IMG/VR virus record: IMGVR_UViG_3300037557_000128
Location: 1-64,000 of that record
DNA length: 64,000 bases
Direction: 5' to 3' (one strand)
Origin: a virus
Shown here: piece by piece, positions 1-9,737 of the stretch
Layout of the letters: every line of letters starts with the position of its first letter
Position numbering within the stretch: the first letter of the stretch is position 1
The notes under the pieces: model-generated
Seen by the model: only the letters and a program-made list of their open reading frames with translations
What the model was told of the DNA's origin: nothing
Database searches by the model: none
Made by a program: the position numbers and the translations under genes

Positions 1-848
1 TTTCCATATTCAGAATAGTCAATCTTTTGTTTATTTAATTCAATATGTGAAATGTGGTCAAGAGAATAAGATTCCTGATTAACAAATGTTCTTTGTTTGT
101 ATAGTGCCATGTAATCGATTACATTGATTCCGTACAGATTGAACACCATGACTTTATTACCATAATTGTTTGTGTAATCTCTTACGTCTGACATATTCCA
201 AGGCGAAAACTTTTTATGTGAACCCTCTCCAAATAACTTATCAACACGATTACAAAGATAAGTCATATCGAATGCATCAACATTCCAACCAGTGATTACG
301 TCAAAACTTTCTTTACGCCAGTATTTGATAAATGCTTCAAGTAGGAATGCCTCGTTCTGACATTCATGGTAGATAACATCTGCAGGACAATCATGCCATG
401 GGCCGATACCAAAGGTATGTGCGTTATGTCTAAATGGTTTGATTGTGATTGCGTTGACTTTCTCTTCTGCGAGAGTTGGTTCGGGGAATCCGTTTTCTGA
501 CTCACACTCAATGTCGAGTGTTGCGATTTTGATTTGATTATAGTTCCATTCAATATCACCTTGAAACTTTTCTGCGATATAGGTGTAGATATACTTGTCG
601 TATCCATGTATTTCAAATCCATCGACTTGGTTATATTGTTCACGGAATTTTCTTGCACCACCCATAGTGTCAAGATTAACTGGTTCTAGAGGTCTTCCGT
701 CAAGAGAACGGAATGCTGTGTCACCCTTTTTGGAAAGAACATAATGATTAGGTCTGTATGCGACCTTCATCATATGTTGTTTTTTACCTTGATAACCCTT
801 TACGAGTATTTTGTCACGAGTACGACATACATTAGTATAGAAATCCAT
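1..848 (-). CDS. gp43: DNA polymerase family B, N-terminal/exonuclease part (runs off the window)
   Basis: Not in the ORF track. Manual translation from ATG at 848 gives MDFYTNVCRTRDKILVKGY...TLDIECESENGFP...VITGWNVDAFDMTYL...SYSLDHI, which contains T4 gp43 Exo motifs. Confidence 0.95.
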   Translation of the reverse strand, partial: MDFYTNVCRTRDKILVKGYQGKKQHMMKVAYRPNHYVLSKKGDTAFRSLDGRPLEPVNLDTMGGARKFREQYNQVDGFEIHGYDKYIYTYIAEKFQGDIEWNYNQIKIATLDIECESENGFPEPTLAEEKVNAITIKPFRHNAHTFGIGPWHDCPADVIYHECQNEAFLLEAFIKYWRKESFDVITGWNVDAFDMTYLCNRVDKLFGEGSHKKFSPWNMSDVRDYTNNYGNKVMVFNLYGINVIDYMALYKQRTFVNQESYSLDHISHIELNKQKIDYSEYG

Positions 849-854
849 AATATA

Positions 855-883
855 ATTATATCAAATGAAGTCTATTCTGTCAA
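855..883 (-). promoter_or_regulatory. sigma70-type promoter for gp43
   Basis: TTGACA-N17-TATAAT, then 6 nt, then the ATG. Confidence 0.75.
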
Positions 884-1093
884 TGTGCTTCTTGTTGGGT
901 GTAGTAATCCTTTTACTGCGTTCAGTTTGTCTTGTGCATCTGCTAGTTTTGCAACTTCCATATCCATTGCACCAACTACATCAGGGTGTTCCCCTATACC
1001 AGCTGGTTTCTCGTTATAAACTTGAATGTTTGCAGTGTGAACTGCAATATCGCCTTCATATTTTTTTTGTAATGCTCTTAGTAAATCTGCCAT
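872..1093 (-). CDS. conserved hypothetical protein of marine T4-like phages
   Basis: GIGEHPD motif; likely start MADLL at 1093. Confidence 0.7.
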   Translation of the reverse strand: MADLLRALQKKYEGDIAVHTANIQVYNEKPAGIGEHPDVVGAMDMEVAKLADAQDKLNAVKGLLHPTRSTLTE

Positions 1094-1094
1094 A

Positions 1095-1370
1095 TTAATT
1101 TCCTGTTGCGACTTTATAATTAGTTTCAAGATTTGGTCTGACCTTGAAAATGGTCACTATTTGTTTTTTTGGTATCTTGTAGTTATATTCTCTTGCGAAC
1201 GGTAACCAAGGCGCAAGATTAATTTCCATTCTATCTTCAATTACTTGTTGCACACATAATTGTGCATCTTGTATTAGAACGGTATTACTAAAAAGGGTTT
1301 CAGTTACATATCCCATGATAACTTCACCACCTAAAAGTTTTATTGCCTTTATGTCTGTAGTACTAAACAC
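1095..1370 (-). CDS. hypothetical Sm-like-fold protein, similar to 29137..29586
   Basis: IKLLGGEVIMG...LAPWLP pattern. Confidence 0.6.
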   Translation of the reverse strand: MFSTTDIKAIKLLGGEVIMGYVTETLFSNTVLIQDAQLCVQQVIEDRMEINLAPWLPFAREYNYKIPKKQIVTIFKVRPNLETNYKVATGN

Positions 1371-1818
1371 TTAATACTGATTCTTGTAATTCGATAGAAC
1401 GTCTACCAACTTGTTTAAACCAACGTGAGTCTTCCATTTCAACTGCCATTCTTTTCCAATCACCTTCAACAACTGCACTCCACATATTGTTGAATTTTCC
1501 GAAACGAGTTCCACCTAGATTGAATGTCATATTGACTAAACAATGTTGAATTTCTTCGGGTAGGTCATAAAAGTCTGAACCACCTTTTGATTCAAACACA
1601 TGAATTGTTTCTTCAACGTGTTTGTCAAAATCATATTCATAGACAGCGTCTACTCTTTCTTGTGAGACTGGTGTACCTACTGGTAATCCATGTTCGTCAT
1701 CACTATCTTTAATTAGATGTCCAACTCCAAAGGTTAAATATCCTAGTGAGTCTTCGTAGACCTCAAGGACTTCTCCTTCATGTCTCTTTATCTGTTCCTT
1801 TAATATCTCTTTGTTCAT
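1363..1818 (-). CDS. phage lysozyme (GH24, T4 e/gp5-like)
   Basis: HEG..L.VY.DSLGYLTFGVGHL, NMTFNLG, SRWFKQVGRR. Confidence 0.92.
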   Translation of the reverse strand: MNKEILKEQIKRHEGEVLEVYEDSLGYLTFGVGHLIKDSDDEHGLPVGTPVSQERVDAVYEYDFDKHVEETIHVFESKGGSDFYDLPEEIQHCLVNMTFNLGGTRFGKFNNMWSAVVEGDWKRMAVEMEDSRWFKQVGRRSIELQESVLSV

Positions 1819-2116
1819 TTTTTTCCTTTTCCACTTGATGTTCGATGAGTTCGACCAAAATGTCTCCCATCAGTTTGTTTAATTCCTCATTATTTAGTAA
1901 TTCTTCTAGGTATTCTTCACTAGGTTCTACTCCATTAGGAACTCTTCTAATTGTTCTTTGGAAGTTAAGATGAGGTTTGTCGTCTTCCATTTGCACTTCG
2001 CCGTACTGATACACTAGACCATCCCATTCACCACCCTGCAATTCTATACCTGCAGTTTTATCATCGGGGTTCTCTACTACTCTGTAGACCCCGTCATTAA
2101 ATAGTTCATCCGTCAT
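1778..2116 (-). CDS. hypothetical protein
   Basis: ORF packed in operon; GLVYQYGEV...GDILVELI resembles conserved T4-like hypotheticals. Confidence 0.65.
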   Translation of the reverse strand: MTDELFNDGVYRVVENPDDKTAGIELQGGEWDGLVYQYGEVQMEDDKPHLNFQRTIRRVPNGVEPSEEYLEELLNNEELNKLMGDILVELIEHQVEKEKNEQRDIKGTDKET

Positions 2117-2756
2117 GGCAAAATGCGATATGGTTTTTACTATATCGTCCTAATCTCTTATATTGTTCAAATACATTACTGAATGAATGTTTTAATCCTT
2201 TAATGTAATGTTCATAATTTCTTTGGGTTACAAATGCATTGAAGGCAATATGACCCTTGTTAATCTTATTTAGGTTATCATAAAATTCTGTTGACCTGAA
2301 CTGTTCAGGTGTTCCACTTGGCCCAAATATATCAACAAAAATGTAATCGTACTGCGTGGTGCAGGTTTCTACGAACTCAAATGCATCACCAACAACACAA
2401 GTAATTCTATCGTCATTAGGCATATGGAAATAAGTTTCACCTATATGTCTCAGGTCAAATATATCAACACTAGTGATATTCATTTGTGTATTTCTATGTA
2501 AGTAAGACGGGATAACTCCACCACCAGTTCCTAAAACTAATGCACGTTGCGAAACTGTAGGTGTACTAGGAAGGTCATTGTAATTTAACACTTGAACTAT
2601 TTCTTTAGCGTAAGTCTTTTGTAGTTCATGAGGATATTTCTTCTTCAGTGAAGTTTGATTCAACTCACCGTTGAACTCTAAAATTACACACTGTTGAGTT
2701 TCTCTAACTGCAATCTCAACACCATTTACTATTTCTTTATATATTACTTCACTCAT
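2106..2756 (-). CDS. spermidine synthase-like SAM-dependent transferase
   Basis: ALVLGTGGG, VDI, VGDAFEFV, YDYIFVDIF class I SAM-binding motifs. Confidence 0.8.
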   Translation of the reverse strand: MSEVIYKEIVNGVEIAVRETQQCVILEFNGELNQTSLKKKYPHELQKTYAKEIVQVLNYNDLPSTPTVSQRALVLGTGGGVIPSYLHRNTQMNITSVDIFDLRHIGETYFHMPNDDRITCVVGDAFEFVETCTTQYDYIFVDIFGPSGTPEQFRSTEFYDNLNKINKGHIAFNAFVTQRNYEHYIKGLKHSFSNVFEQYKRLGRYSKNHIAFCHDG

Positions 2757-3795
2757 AAATTCTAACTCCAAATGAACTATCGTTCATAATTGCTTTGTGG
2801 ATTCCTAAAGACGCTTTTCTAGTCCCCATAGCTCCACCTGCAAATGTATCCACGACTTCTCGTTCCTGTAAATCTTTCATTGTTACATAGTGCATATACG
2901 CACCAATTCTTTTTCTAACCTCTTCAGGTACATCAACTTCTTCTTCATATACCATATGGTCAATAGACTTGTTTACTAATTGATACCCAATTTTCTCATT
3001 TACTAAAAGGTACACAATCAATCCTACAGGTACAGAACCATATTCAAACAAATAGTATTCAACTGAAGGGTCATTCCAATATTCATATTTGGTAATTGCA
3101 TCTGCCATTCCTTTGGATAACCACTTAGTTTTTTCAACGTCCCTCTTCCATTTTAAGAATGCATTGTTTATTTGTTCTACTGCAATATCAGGTTTGTTTA
3201 ATTTTCTATAAGCGACTTCAGGATTTTTTAGTAATCTATTAACACCCTTTTTGGTTCTCCACCTGTTATTCATTTTTTCCATGTTAGTATCAACATGAGA
3301 ATAATAGTTATAGGTTTCAAATTCAGTATCTAATTCTAATCCTTTCTTTTCTAACCATAATGATTCTTCTTCATTACCCAAGAATTTTTTACATACATTC
3401 TCTCTCAATGCATCGAATACTAATTCTTCATTTGCTAATGAACCACTTGCACTAATTGGTAATCCTTCAAGTCGTTTGTAAATGTGTTGGAACATTTGAA
3501 CGTGTTTCAATACTATGACGACTAAGTCTTCTCCAACACTTACTGTTGCAACTTTCCTTTGCCATTCATTTTTAATCTTGTGGTATTCATGAACGTATTC
3601 GGAAGGAAGTAATCCTTCGTGTCCATATCTCATACACCTTGTCTCTTGATAGAAGTCTATAAACTTTTTACTGGAAGGTTGTTTGAGATAGAAACACATA
3701 TCATTAAAGAATAATGAAGGGTCTACTGTTTTTAATGCCTCTATATCGATGCAGGGAATTGCCTCGAAAGGACTCAACTCATTCAAAAAATCCAT
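2749..3795 (-). CDS. hypothetical protein, possible GNAT/DUF2156 aminoacyl-transferase-like fold
   Basis: C-terminal VGLIVY...NKS...GAYMHY...GGAMG...LGIHK pattern recalls MprF-C/DUF2156; weak. Confidence 0.4.
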   Translation of the reverse strand: MDFLNELSPFEAIPCIDIEALKTVDPSLFFNDMCFYLKQPSSKKFIDFYQETRCMRYGHEGLLPSEYVHEYHKIKNEWQRKVATVSVGEDLVVIVLKHVQMFQHIYKRLEGLPISASGSLANEELVFDALRENVCKKFLGNEEESLWLEKKGLELDTEFETYNYYSHVDTNMEKMNNRWRTKKGVNRLLKNPEVAYRKLNKPDIAVEQINNAFLKWKRDVEKTKWLSKGMADAITKYEYWNDPSVEYYLFEYGSVPVGLIVYLLVNEKIGYQLVNKSIDHMVYEEEVDVPEEVRKRIGAYMHYVTMKDLQEREVVDTFAGGAMGTRKASLGIHKAIMNDSSFGVRIYE

Positions 3796-5143
3796 CTAGT
3801 GTACTCACTCTTGCATCTTTAAAAAAATCACGAGCAACACCTTTTGAGAAACACCAAATATTTTCAATATAGTATTTCTTCATGAACTCGTCCATTGCAG
3901 CTTTATCAAAGTCTCCATTCTCATCTTTGAATACAGATTTACCTTGAGGTCTTTGCATGATTCTCATTCCTATTTGACCGTCAAAGTATTCTTCACCAAC
4001 GTGTCTGATAACTTCGTCTCCCGACCTGTATCTAACTCCATGTATTTTTGGGTCAAGAATGTTAATGTACAAGACTCCACTATTTGCAAGTGATTCAAAT
4101 GATTTCTTTGCTACTGGTAAATAGAACTCGTCTCTCCACGCATTATACTCGTTAAACTTTGCCCAAGATTGGTCTTGTTCATGTTCACCACCTTCGTTGT
4201 ATCTCTCTGTTGAAAAATAAGGTGGAGAAGTGAATGCACAATCGATTGGTGGAAGTTGATGGTATTTCATATCCTCTGCACCACAACGATGTATCTCAAC
4301 TTTCTTTGACCCAATACATGAGAAGTAATCTTCCTGTTCAATTATGTCGGGTTCTTCACCTGTAAGAATTCGTTCATAAAATATACATTGTTTCTTATAA
4401 CGTTCAAATGTTGCAGGGTTTGGGTCACAACCTATGTACTCTTTAGTGTAATTCCCTGCATAAAAACCACATAGTCTGTCACCCCAACCACAAGAAGTAT
4501 CAAGTATTGTTTCACTCCTAGTGTTGTCATAGATAGATTTTGCAACAAGTGGTTTGAACTGCGTTGCAATGTATGTTCCCAATCTGAATGCAGAAATGTA
4601 AGACTTTTCATCCAACTTTCCACCCATGAGTTCTTCCTTTCCTTCAACCTGTACTTTTTGTACACCATTGATTCCTCTCCAAATAGGCCCTAAACATCTC
4701 CAAATTTCTTTAGAGGTTCCTTCTTCCCAAACTTTTACTGGTGGTTGGAAACCATAACTTCCACACGCAAGTCTTAAATCTTGGTGAAAGAAGTTTGATG
4801 CATCAGAATGATTAGATGCACAATCTATTAAACCTAATCCCCAAGAATGAAAGTCAAAAGTATAATCGTCATACTTTTCCATGACTTCTTGTTGTAGGTT
4901 ATCGGTAGGTGTGATACAGTTTGAAGTATCATAATCTTTTAATGCAAGAAACATTTCACGCATTCTTTCATATGATATTTCTTTGAAAGGAAATGGTGGT
5001 CTGGTTTCTGCAATAAAATCTGCTACTGCAAGACGAAATTCTTCCTTACCATATTCTTTGGTAGTCTTATCAAAAAGGTTGCCGTCTAATATAGGTAACC
5101 CATTTGAATTGACATTATCGGATAGAATTTGTTTTAGGGACAT
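3779..5143 (-). CDS. amino-type (N6A/N4C) DNA methyltransferase-like protein
   Basis: LDTSCGWGDRL SAM motif, IGCDPN, FTSPPYF catalytic motif. Confidence 0.85.
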   Translation of the reverse strand: MSLKQILSDNVNSNGLPILDGNLFDKTTKEYGKEEFRLAVADFIAETRPPFPFKEISYERMREMFLALKDYDTSNCITPTDNLQQEVMEKYDDYTFDFHSWGLGLIDCASNHSDASNFFHQDLRLACGSYGFQPPVKVWEEGTSKEIWRCLGPIWRGINGVQKVQVEGKEELMGGKLDEKSYISAFRLGTYIATQFKPLVAKSIYDNTRSETILDTSCGWGDRLCGFYAGNYTKEYIGCDPNPATFERYKKQCIFYERILTGEEPDIIEQEDYFSCIGSKKVEIHRCGAEDMKYHQLPPIDCAFTSPPYFSTERYNEGGEHEQDQSWAKFNEYNAWRDEFYLPVAKKSFESLANSGVLYINILDPKIHGVRYRSGDEVIRHVGEEYFDGQIGMRIMQRPQGKSVFKDENGDFDKAAMDEFMKKYYIENIWCFSKGVARDFFKDARVSTLDGFFE

Positions 5144-5688
5144 TATTGAGGATTGTTTCCAAGATATTCCATTACAGTTTCTGCGTTAGATACTAAAAAT
5201 GGGTCTGATTCAATGTTGTCTTGAAATCCTTCTTCAATAAACATTTTCTCAACTTTACCATCATTAATTATAGCTGCGTATCTCCAAGACCTCATACCAA
5301 ATCCTAGATTTGATTTTTTGACTTCTGCACCAAACTTATGTGTGAACTCTCCATTTCCATCGGGAAGGAAAGTTATATCTGTTTCTCCAAAAGACTCTTT
5401 CCACTCATTCATAACAAAAGTGTCATTCACTGAAATACAGTAAATTCCGTCAATCTGTAATGATTGGAATTTTTTAAAATTTTCCTGAAAACCAGGCACT
5501 TGTTGGGTACTGCAAGTTGGTGTAAATGCACCAGGCAATCCAAATATGATTACTCTCTTACCTGCAAATTCTTCTGTAGTGTTGATATTACCCCACTCTC
5601 CGTCTACACGAACTGGGAAATCAACATTAGGAACTTCTTGACCTACGTCAATAGGCAGTCCCATAATTGCGTTATTGTCACTCGACAT
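5143..5688 (-). CDS. peroxiredoxin (Prx5/Redoxin family)
   Basis: GLPGAFTPTCS, SVNDTFVM, DGNGEF, GMRSWRYA. Confidence 0.95.
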   Translation of the reverse strand: MSSDNNAIMGLPIDVGQEVPNVDFPVRVDGEWGNINTTEEFAGKRVIIFGLPGAFTPTCSTQQVPGFQENFKKFQSLQIDGIYCISVNDTFVMNEWKESFGETDITFLPDGNGEFTHKFGAEVKKSNLGFGMRSWRYAAIINDGKVEKMFIEEGFQDNIESDPFLVSNAETVMEYLGNNPQ

Positions 5689-5705
5689 ATCTTACTCCAT
5701 AATAT

Positions 5706-5744
5706 AAAAAGATACACCTATTATACAACATAACAGGTGTATCT
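5706..5744 (-). terminator. hairpin plus U-tract after hsp20, overlapping the peroxiredoxin promoter
   Basis: AGATACACCT...AGGTGTATCT inverted repeat followed by TTTT on the minus strand. Confidence 0.6.
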
Positions 5745-5756
5745 GTAAGGGGTTTT
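5720..5756 (-). promoter_or_regulatory. putative middle-type promoter
   Basis: AAAACCCCTTACA-N18-TATAAT; same pattern before gp55 and uvsY. Confidence 0.6.
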
Positions 5757-6182
5757 TTAAGAAATTTTGATTTCTTGAGGTTTATCTTCTTCGGGTACAA
5801 TCCTTTCCAAAGACACACTCAAAATCCCATTCTTCATATCTGCACCTTTAACGACTATATCGTCTGCAAGTGTGAATGTTCTTTTGAATGAACGTGATGC
5901 AAGTCCTTTATGGACATACTCAAGTTCCTCTCCATCCTCTTGTTTACCTTCAATTGCAAGAATCTCTTTCTCTTTTGAGATTGAAATATCTTTCTTGGTA
6001 AATCCAGCTACTGCAAGTTCGATTGCAAAGTTTTCTGCATCGTGTTTTACAATATTGTAAGGTGGATAATTTACATTAGAGTGCGTGTCTGCACGTTCTA
6101 ATAGTTTTAGGTGTCGGTCAAAACCGATTGCGAATGGAAAATCCGTTGTGAATCTTCCGAAGACATCATCGAAGTGTGTCAT
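5757..6182 (-). CDS. hsp20: small heat shock protein (Hsp20/IbpA-like)
   Basis: YPPYNI, IELAVAGF, HKGLASRSF, A.MKNGIL.V.L. Confidence 0.96.
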   Translation of the reverse strand: MTHFDDVFGRFTTDFPFAIGFDRHLKLLERADTHSNVNYPPYNIVKHDAENFAIELAVAGFTKKDISISKEKEILAIEGKQEDGEELEYVHKGLASRSFKRTFTLADDIVVKGADMKNGILSVSLERIVPEEDKPQEIKIS

Positions 6183-6210
6183 AGTTTTCTCCTTATTTAA
6201 GCAAGTTAAT
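6183..6210 (-). promoter_or_regulatory. ROSE-like RNA thermometer over the hsp20 ribosome-binding site
   Basis: CUUGCUU-AAAU-AAGGAG: the UUGCU motif can pair with the Shine-Dalgarno, with a bulged G. Confidence 0.6.
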
Positions 6211-6487
6211 GTTCTAGTCCTCTTATGAGCAACTAGGCGTATGCCCTCTTTAATCCGAGTTATCAGTCCAGTCTCTTATTCAGATTCTTTCCCGAAGCTC
6301 TTTTGAAGATTAAAGAGTTCATACTAAAGTGGAAACTCAGCACGACCTGTTAGTCTCCTAGTTTGACCTGCCCTAACTCAAACATGGAAAGGGGTTGGGT
6401 CAAGTTGTGGGTTTCTTTTCCGTACGGTAAATTAATACTAGTACTTCTTATCTACCCTTGCGAATCAAATAAATGATTCGCAAATAG

Positions 6488-6495
6488 TATTTATA
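6488..6495 (-). promoter_or_regulatory. T4-type late promoter
   Basis: TATAAATA. Confidence 0.7.
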
Positions 6496-6533
6496 CCATT
6501 TATAAGCCTATTATAAGGTTTTTTTTAAATATT

Positions 6534-8420
6534 TCAAGGGGTTTTCTTTAATTTTCTTAATTCTTTATTAATTAGTGGTGCATATATCTTAACTGGAATC
6601 TCTTTTCCTTTAACATTTATCTCGTCAAGATACTGCCATTCACAATCAACCTGTTTCTTTGTGAACTCTGACATTAGAATAGGTGTATCATATGTTCTAG
6701 TTTGCACTTCAAGTCGAGCTGCAAGGTTAACTGCATCTCCGACAACTGAATAATCGAATCGTTCTTCTGACCCCATATTGCCCACGATACACTGACCAGT
6801 GTTAATTCCAGTGCCTATGACTACTGGTGGTAAATCTAATCCTTCTCTTTCTAACTCTACATTCATTTGTTCTGTTAACAGTTCTATTTCTATTGCAGAA
6901 TCTAAAGCCCTTTGTGCGTGGTCAGGACAATCTAAAGGAGCTCCCCACCATGCCATCAAACAGTCGCCCATATACTTATCAATGGTTCCACCATTTGCGA
7001 GTACTATTTTTGACATACCGTCTAGGAATCTATTGATTAATAACACTAGACCTTCAGGGTCGTCATTCTTCATATAAGCTTCGCTTATAGGGGTGAACCC
7101 AACTATATCTGCAAATAAGAATGAAAGTTCCTTTCTATCTCCACCTAATTTCAATTTTTCGGGGTGTTTTTGCAGTTCTTCAATCATGTCAGGCGATAAA
7201 TATTTTTGGAACTGCTTCTTTATTTGTTGCTTTTCTTGAAAGGTAACATAGTATTTGTTGAAAGATGCATGACCAAACACAATCAAGGAGGCCAAAGATG
7301 AAAAGAAGGTATCGAAAAGAACGAGACTTGAAGACCAAATATAGAAACTCCCACCCACCTGAAGTACTACGAGTCCTAGAGAAAATGTCCCCGAAAGAGC
7401 TGTGGGAAGCTTATAAACCATTACCAACACAATTAATAGAACTGACAGAAGAAGAACAATTTCTACGAATTCAAGAAAGTAGGATTGCTTTATTTGAATT
7501 CCTGTCAAGGCGGTTTGTATCAGATTCGCTTGTACTTCGTGAGGATACATTGTACCCATTGGGGTTGAAACTGGATTGTTCCATCCTTCAGCGGTTACCC
7601 CAAACACAAGAATAGCGTTTTCAGGTAATTCATCAGTGAAGGAATAACGTTTAAACTTGTTCCAATAACTTATCATTAAATCACCTTGAGGTGTTGTGGA
7701 TATGGGTTGTTGTCTTCCGACTCTGACCCATTCTACTCCAACCTCTTCAGTGACTTTCATTTGGTAAGATTTTTCGTCATTAAAAGCACGTAACACTTCA
7801 ATTGCAAGTGAGGGATATATTTGTCCGTTCGCTTGCATGAGTAATGGTGCAGAACGTATGGTTCCATCGAAGTTTGGAGTACCCGAAATACTAGGAGTTG
7901 CAGTAGTTACCCCTACTCCATAGGTGTTTCCCTCTAGTACAGGAATGGGGCTGAGCACCCCTGGCGTCCCCCACACTGCGTTTTTAGCGTCTCCTGACCC
8001 CAAAGTACTAGTTCCGACAAAGGGAGATGACCCTTTTTGGGTCTGAATTGTGGGTGCTGACGATAAAATGGACAATCTATTGACCAAAGCAGTCGCAAAT
8101 TCCTCGTCTCCACCGAATCTATCGACCTCTGAGAACACTTGCGTGAACACATAAGTGTTAGACCAGTGTGATTCCAGTAGTTTATCTGCGTATATTTTGC
8201 GTGGGAATGGTAATTGTCCGAACTCTTCTACTGACTTTTCGTCAATATCGACCAAAACAATTTCGGGAAGTCCTGATTCGGAATCGTACTCTTGAACACT
8301 ATGTGTGCTATGTAAGTAGTCAAACCACGACCATGAGATGTTCTCTATGAAGTATGGGTTCCAAATTTTAAGTCCAAATAATAACCCTATCGTGACTAAT
8401 ACGGTTTTCCAAGAGTACAT
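6534..8420 (-). CDS. CHASE2-domain membrane adenylate cyclase (class III)
   Basis: IVLVDIDEKS..FGQLPFPR (CHASE2), hydrophobic helices, FADIVGFT, DKYMGDC, RFDYSVVGDAVNLAARLE. Confidence 0.93.
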   Translation of the reverse strand: MYSWKTVLVTIGLLFGLKIWNPYFIENISWSWFDYLHSTHSVQEYDSESGLPEIVLVDIDEKSVEEFGQLPFPRKIYADKLLESHWSNTYVFTQVFSEVDRFGGDEEFATALVNRLSILSSAPTIQTQKGSSPFVGTSTLGSGDAKNAVWGTPGVLSPIPVLEGNTYGVGVTTATPSISGTPNFDGTIRSAPLLMQANGQIYPSLAIEVLRAFNDEKSYQMKVTEEVGVEWVRVGRQQPISTTPQGDLMISYWNKFKRYSFTDELPENAILVFGVTAEGWNNPVSTPMGTMYPHEVQANLIQTALTGIQIKQSYFLEFVEIVLLLSVLLIVLVMVYKLPTALSGTFSLGLVVLQVGGSFYIWSSSLVLFDTFFSSLASLIVFGHASFNKYYVTFQEKQQIKKQFQKYLSPDMIEELQKHPEKLKLGGDRKELSFLFADIVGFTPISEAYMKNDDPEGLVLLINRFLDGMSKIVLANGGTIDKYMGDCLMAWWGAPLDCPDHAQRALDSAIEIELLTEQMNVELEREGLDLPPVVIGTGINTGQCIVGNMGSEERFDYSVVGDAVNLAARLEVQTRTYDTPILMSEFTKKQVDCEWQYLDEINVKGKEIPVKIYAPLINKELRKLKKTP

Positions 8421-8575
8421 TATTCAATAGTTGGCCATGCAAAGAAAAATATGTATAAACATATTCCTATCAATGCAAGTGCTAGCAATCCTGAAGTTAC
8501 CCCTGACCAAAACTTTTTCTTTTCTGACTTACGGTAATCTTGGATAAAATCGTCTATCCTTTCTTTACTACTCAT
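8420..8575 (-). CDS. small single-pass membrane protein
   Basis: Likely start MSSKERID, coupled by ATGA to the upstream gene; C-terminal hydrophobic segment. Confidence 0.6.
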   Translation of the reverse strand: MSSKERIDDFIQDYRKSEKKKFWSGVTSGLLALALIGICLYIFFFAWPTIE

Positions 8576-8841
8576 GAAAATTTCTTCTGTATTTTTTTGT
8601 ACATATAGTATATAGATAGTCCATAGAATGCAAGTACGGACATTGAGATTCCGATATAGAACAATTCTACTGGGGATAAGAAAAGGACATTCCAAACAAA
8701 GTTAGCTGCAGCTTCACCGTCACCTAATGGTGCAAGTGATTCAGGCATTTCTAATTCATTATCTTCTAGAAGTGTGACCCACTCTTCATATTCGGTTTCA
8801 CTGAGACAATGATAATACTCTTCGGGACAGTCTACTTCCAT
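8572..8841 (-). CDS. small membrane protein
   Basis: Acidic N-terminus and a C-terminal hydrophobic helix. Confidence 0.65.
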   Translation of the reverse strand: MEVDCPEEYYHCLSETEYEEWVTLLEDNELEMPESLAPLGDGEAAANFVWNVLFLSPVELFYIGISMSVLAFYGLSIYYMYKKIQKKFS

Positions 8842-8899
8842 TTGATTACCCTACCTAGACACCATTCTAAGAATCGTATTGCTTTCGCTTTTATGCTCA

Positions 8900-9736
8900 T
8901 TAGTTTTGCGTGACACTTACTGTACAGCCACCTGATGTTTGACAATTTTGAGACAACGTATAATTTTGAGTTGTATTGGAATGTTGTGAAATATTAAGTG
9001 TGGTTGGATAATTTCCGTTTATGGTAATGTTTGAGTTGTGTTCACCATTTCCGTCTTGTAAGTAATCAACGGTATTACCATCGTTATTAATGGTTAAATA
9101 AAATTCTTTTGTACCATCTGCTTTTTGTTTACCGAAAACAGAATTGTTATCACCATAAAGATAGATTTTTGCTTTATGACCATCACAAGCACCAGTTGCA
9201 CAATTTCTTTGTTGTCCTACAACTGTATTATTATTACCGTGAATATCTACAGTAACCCAATGACCACCACCTTCAGTGTTATCCTTTGCCCAAGATGTAT
9301 CAGTTCTACTTGAAATTTCAAATCCTTGAGCCCACCAAAGCTTATTATTTGTTCCATATGAAATATGAAACTGAATATCATTAGTGTTACAATCATCACC
9401 TTTTGTACAGTTCTGCCAAAGTTTTACATCTTGGTCATCGTGGTCTATATCACCACCCCAACCTGCACCTGATCCCCATGTAACAATATCATCTGCCCAA
9501 CCTATTTCTTGATTGTTTCCAACTTGATATATATCTATTGAAGAATCATCAATATCACCTATAGAAAAGAATACACGATTATCATAACCTTCCTGCGTGA
9601 TACTGAGGTCAAGATTAGTTGAGGCTGTGACTTGATTTATGGCAATAGTGTTATCATCACCACCAAATGCCTTAAATGATAATCCTAGACAAAGGAGTGC
9701 CACTGCACCTGTTAATAACTTCGCACCTAAATCCAT
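8900..9736 (-). CDS. secreted curlin-like repeat protein (CsgA/CsgB-like)
   Basis: Sec signal; repeated Q-x-G-x-x-N-type units; ends CQTSGGCTVSVTQN. Confidence 0.75.
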   Translation of the reverse strand: MDLGAKLLTGAVALLCLGLSFKAFGGDDNTIAINQVTASTNLDLSITQEGYDNRVFFSIGDIDDSSIDIYQVGNNQEIGWADDIVTWGSGAGWGGDIDHDDQDVKLWQNCTKGDDCNTNDIQFHISYGTNNKLWWAQGFEISSRTDTSWAKDNTEGGGHWVTVDIHGNNNTVVGQQRNCATGACDGHKAKIYLYGDNNSVFGKQKADGTKEFYLTINNDGNTVDYLQDGNGEHNSNITINGNYPTTLNISQHSNTTQNYTLSQNCQTSGGCTVSVTQN

Positions 9737-9737
9737 A

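Noticed and set aside
296-673. 125-aa ORF from the track
   Set aside because: An alternative frame inside the gp43 gene.
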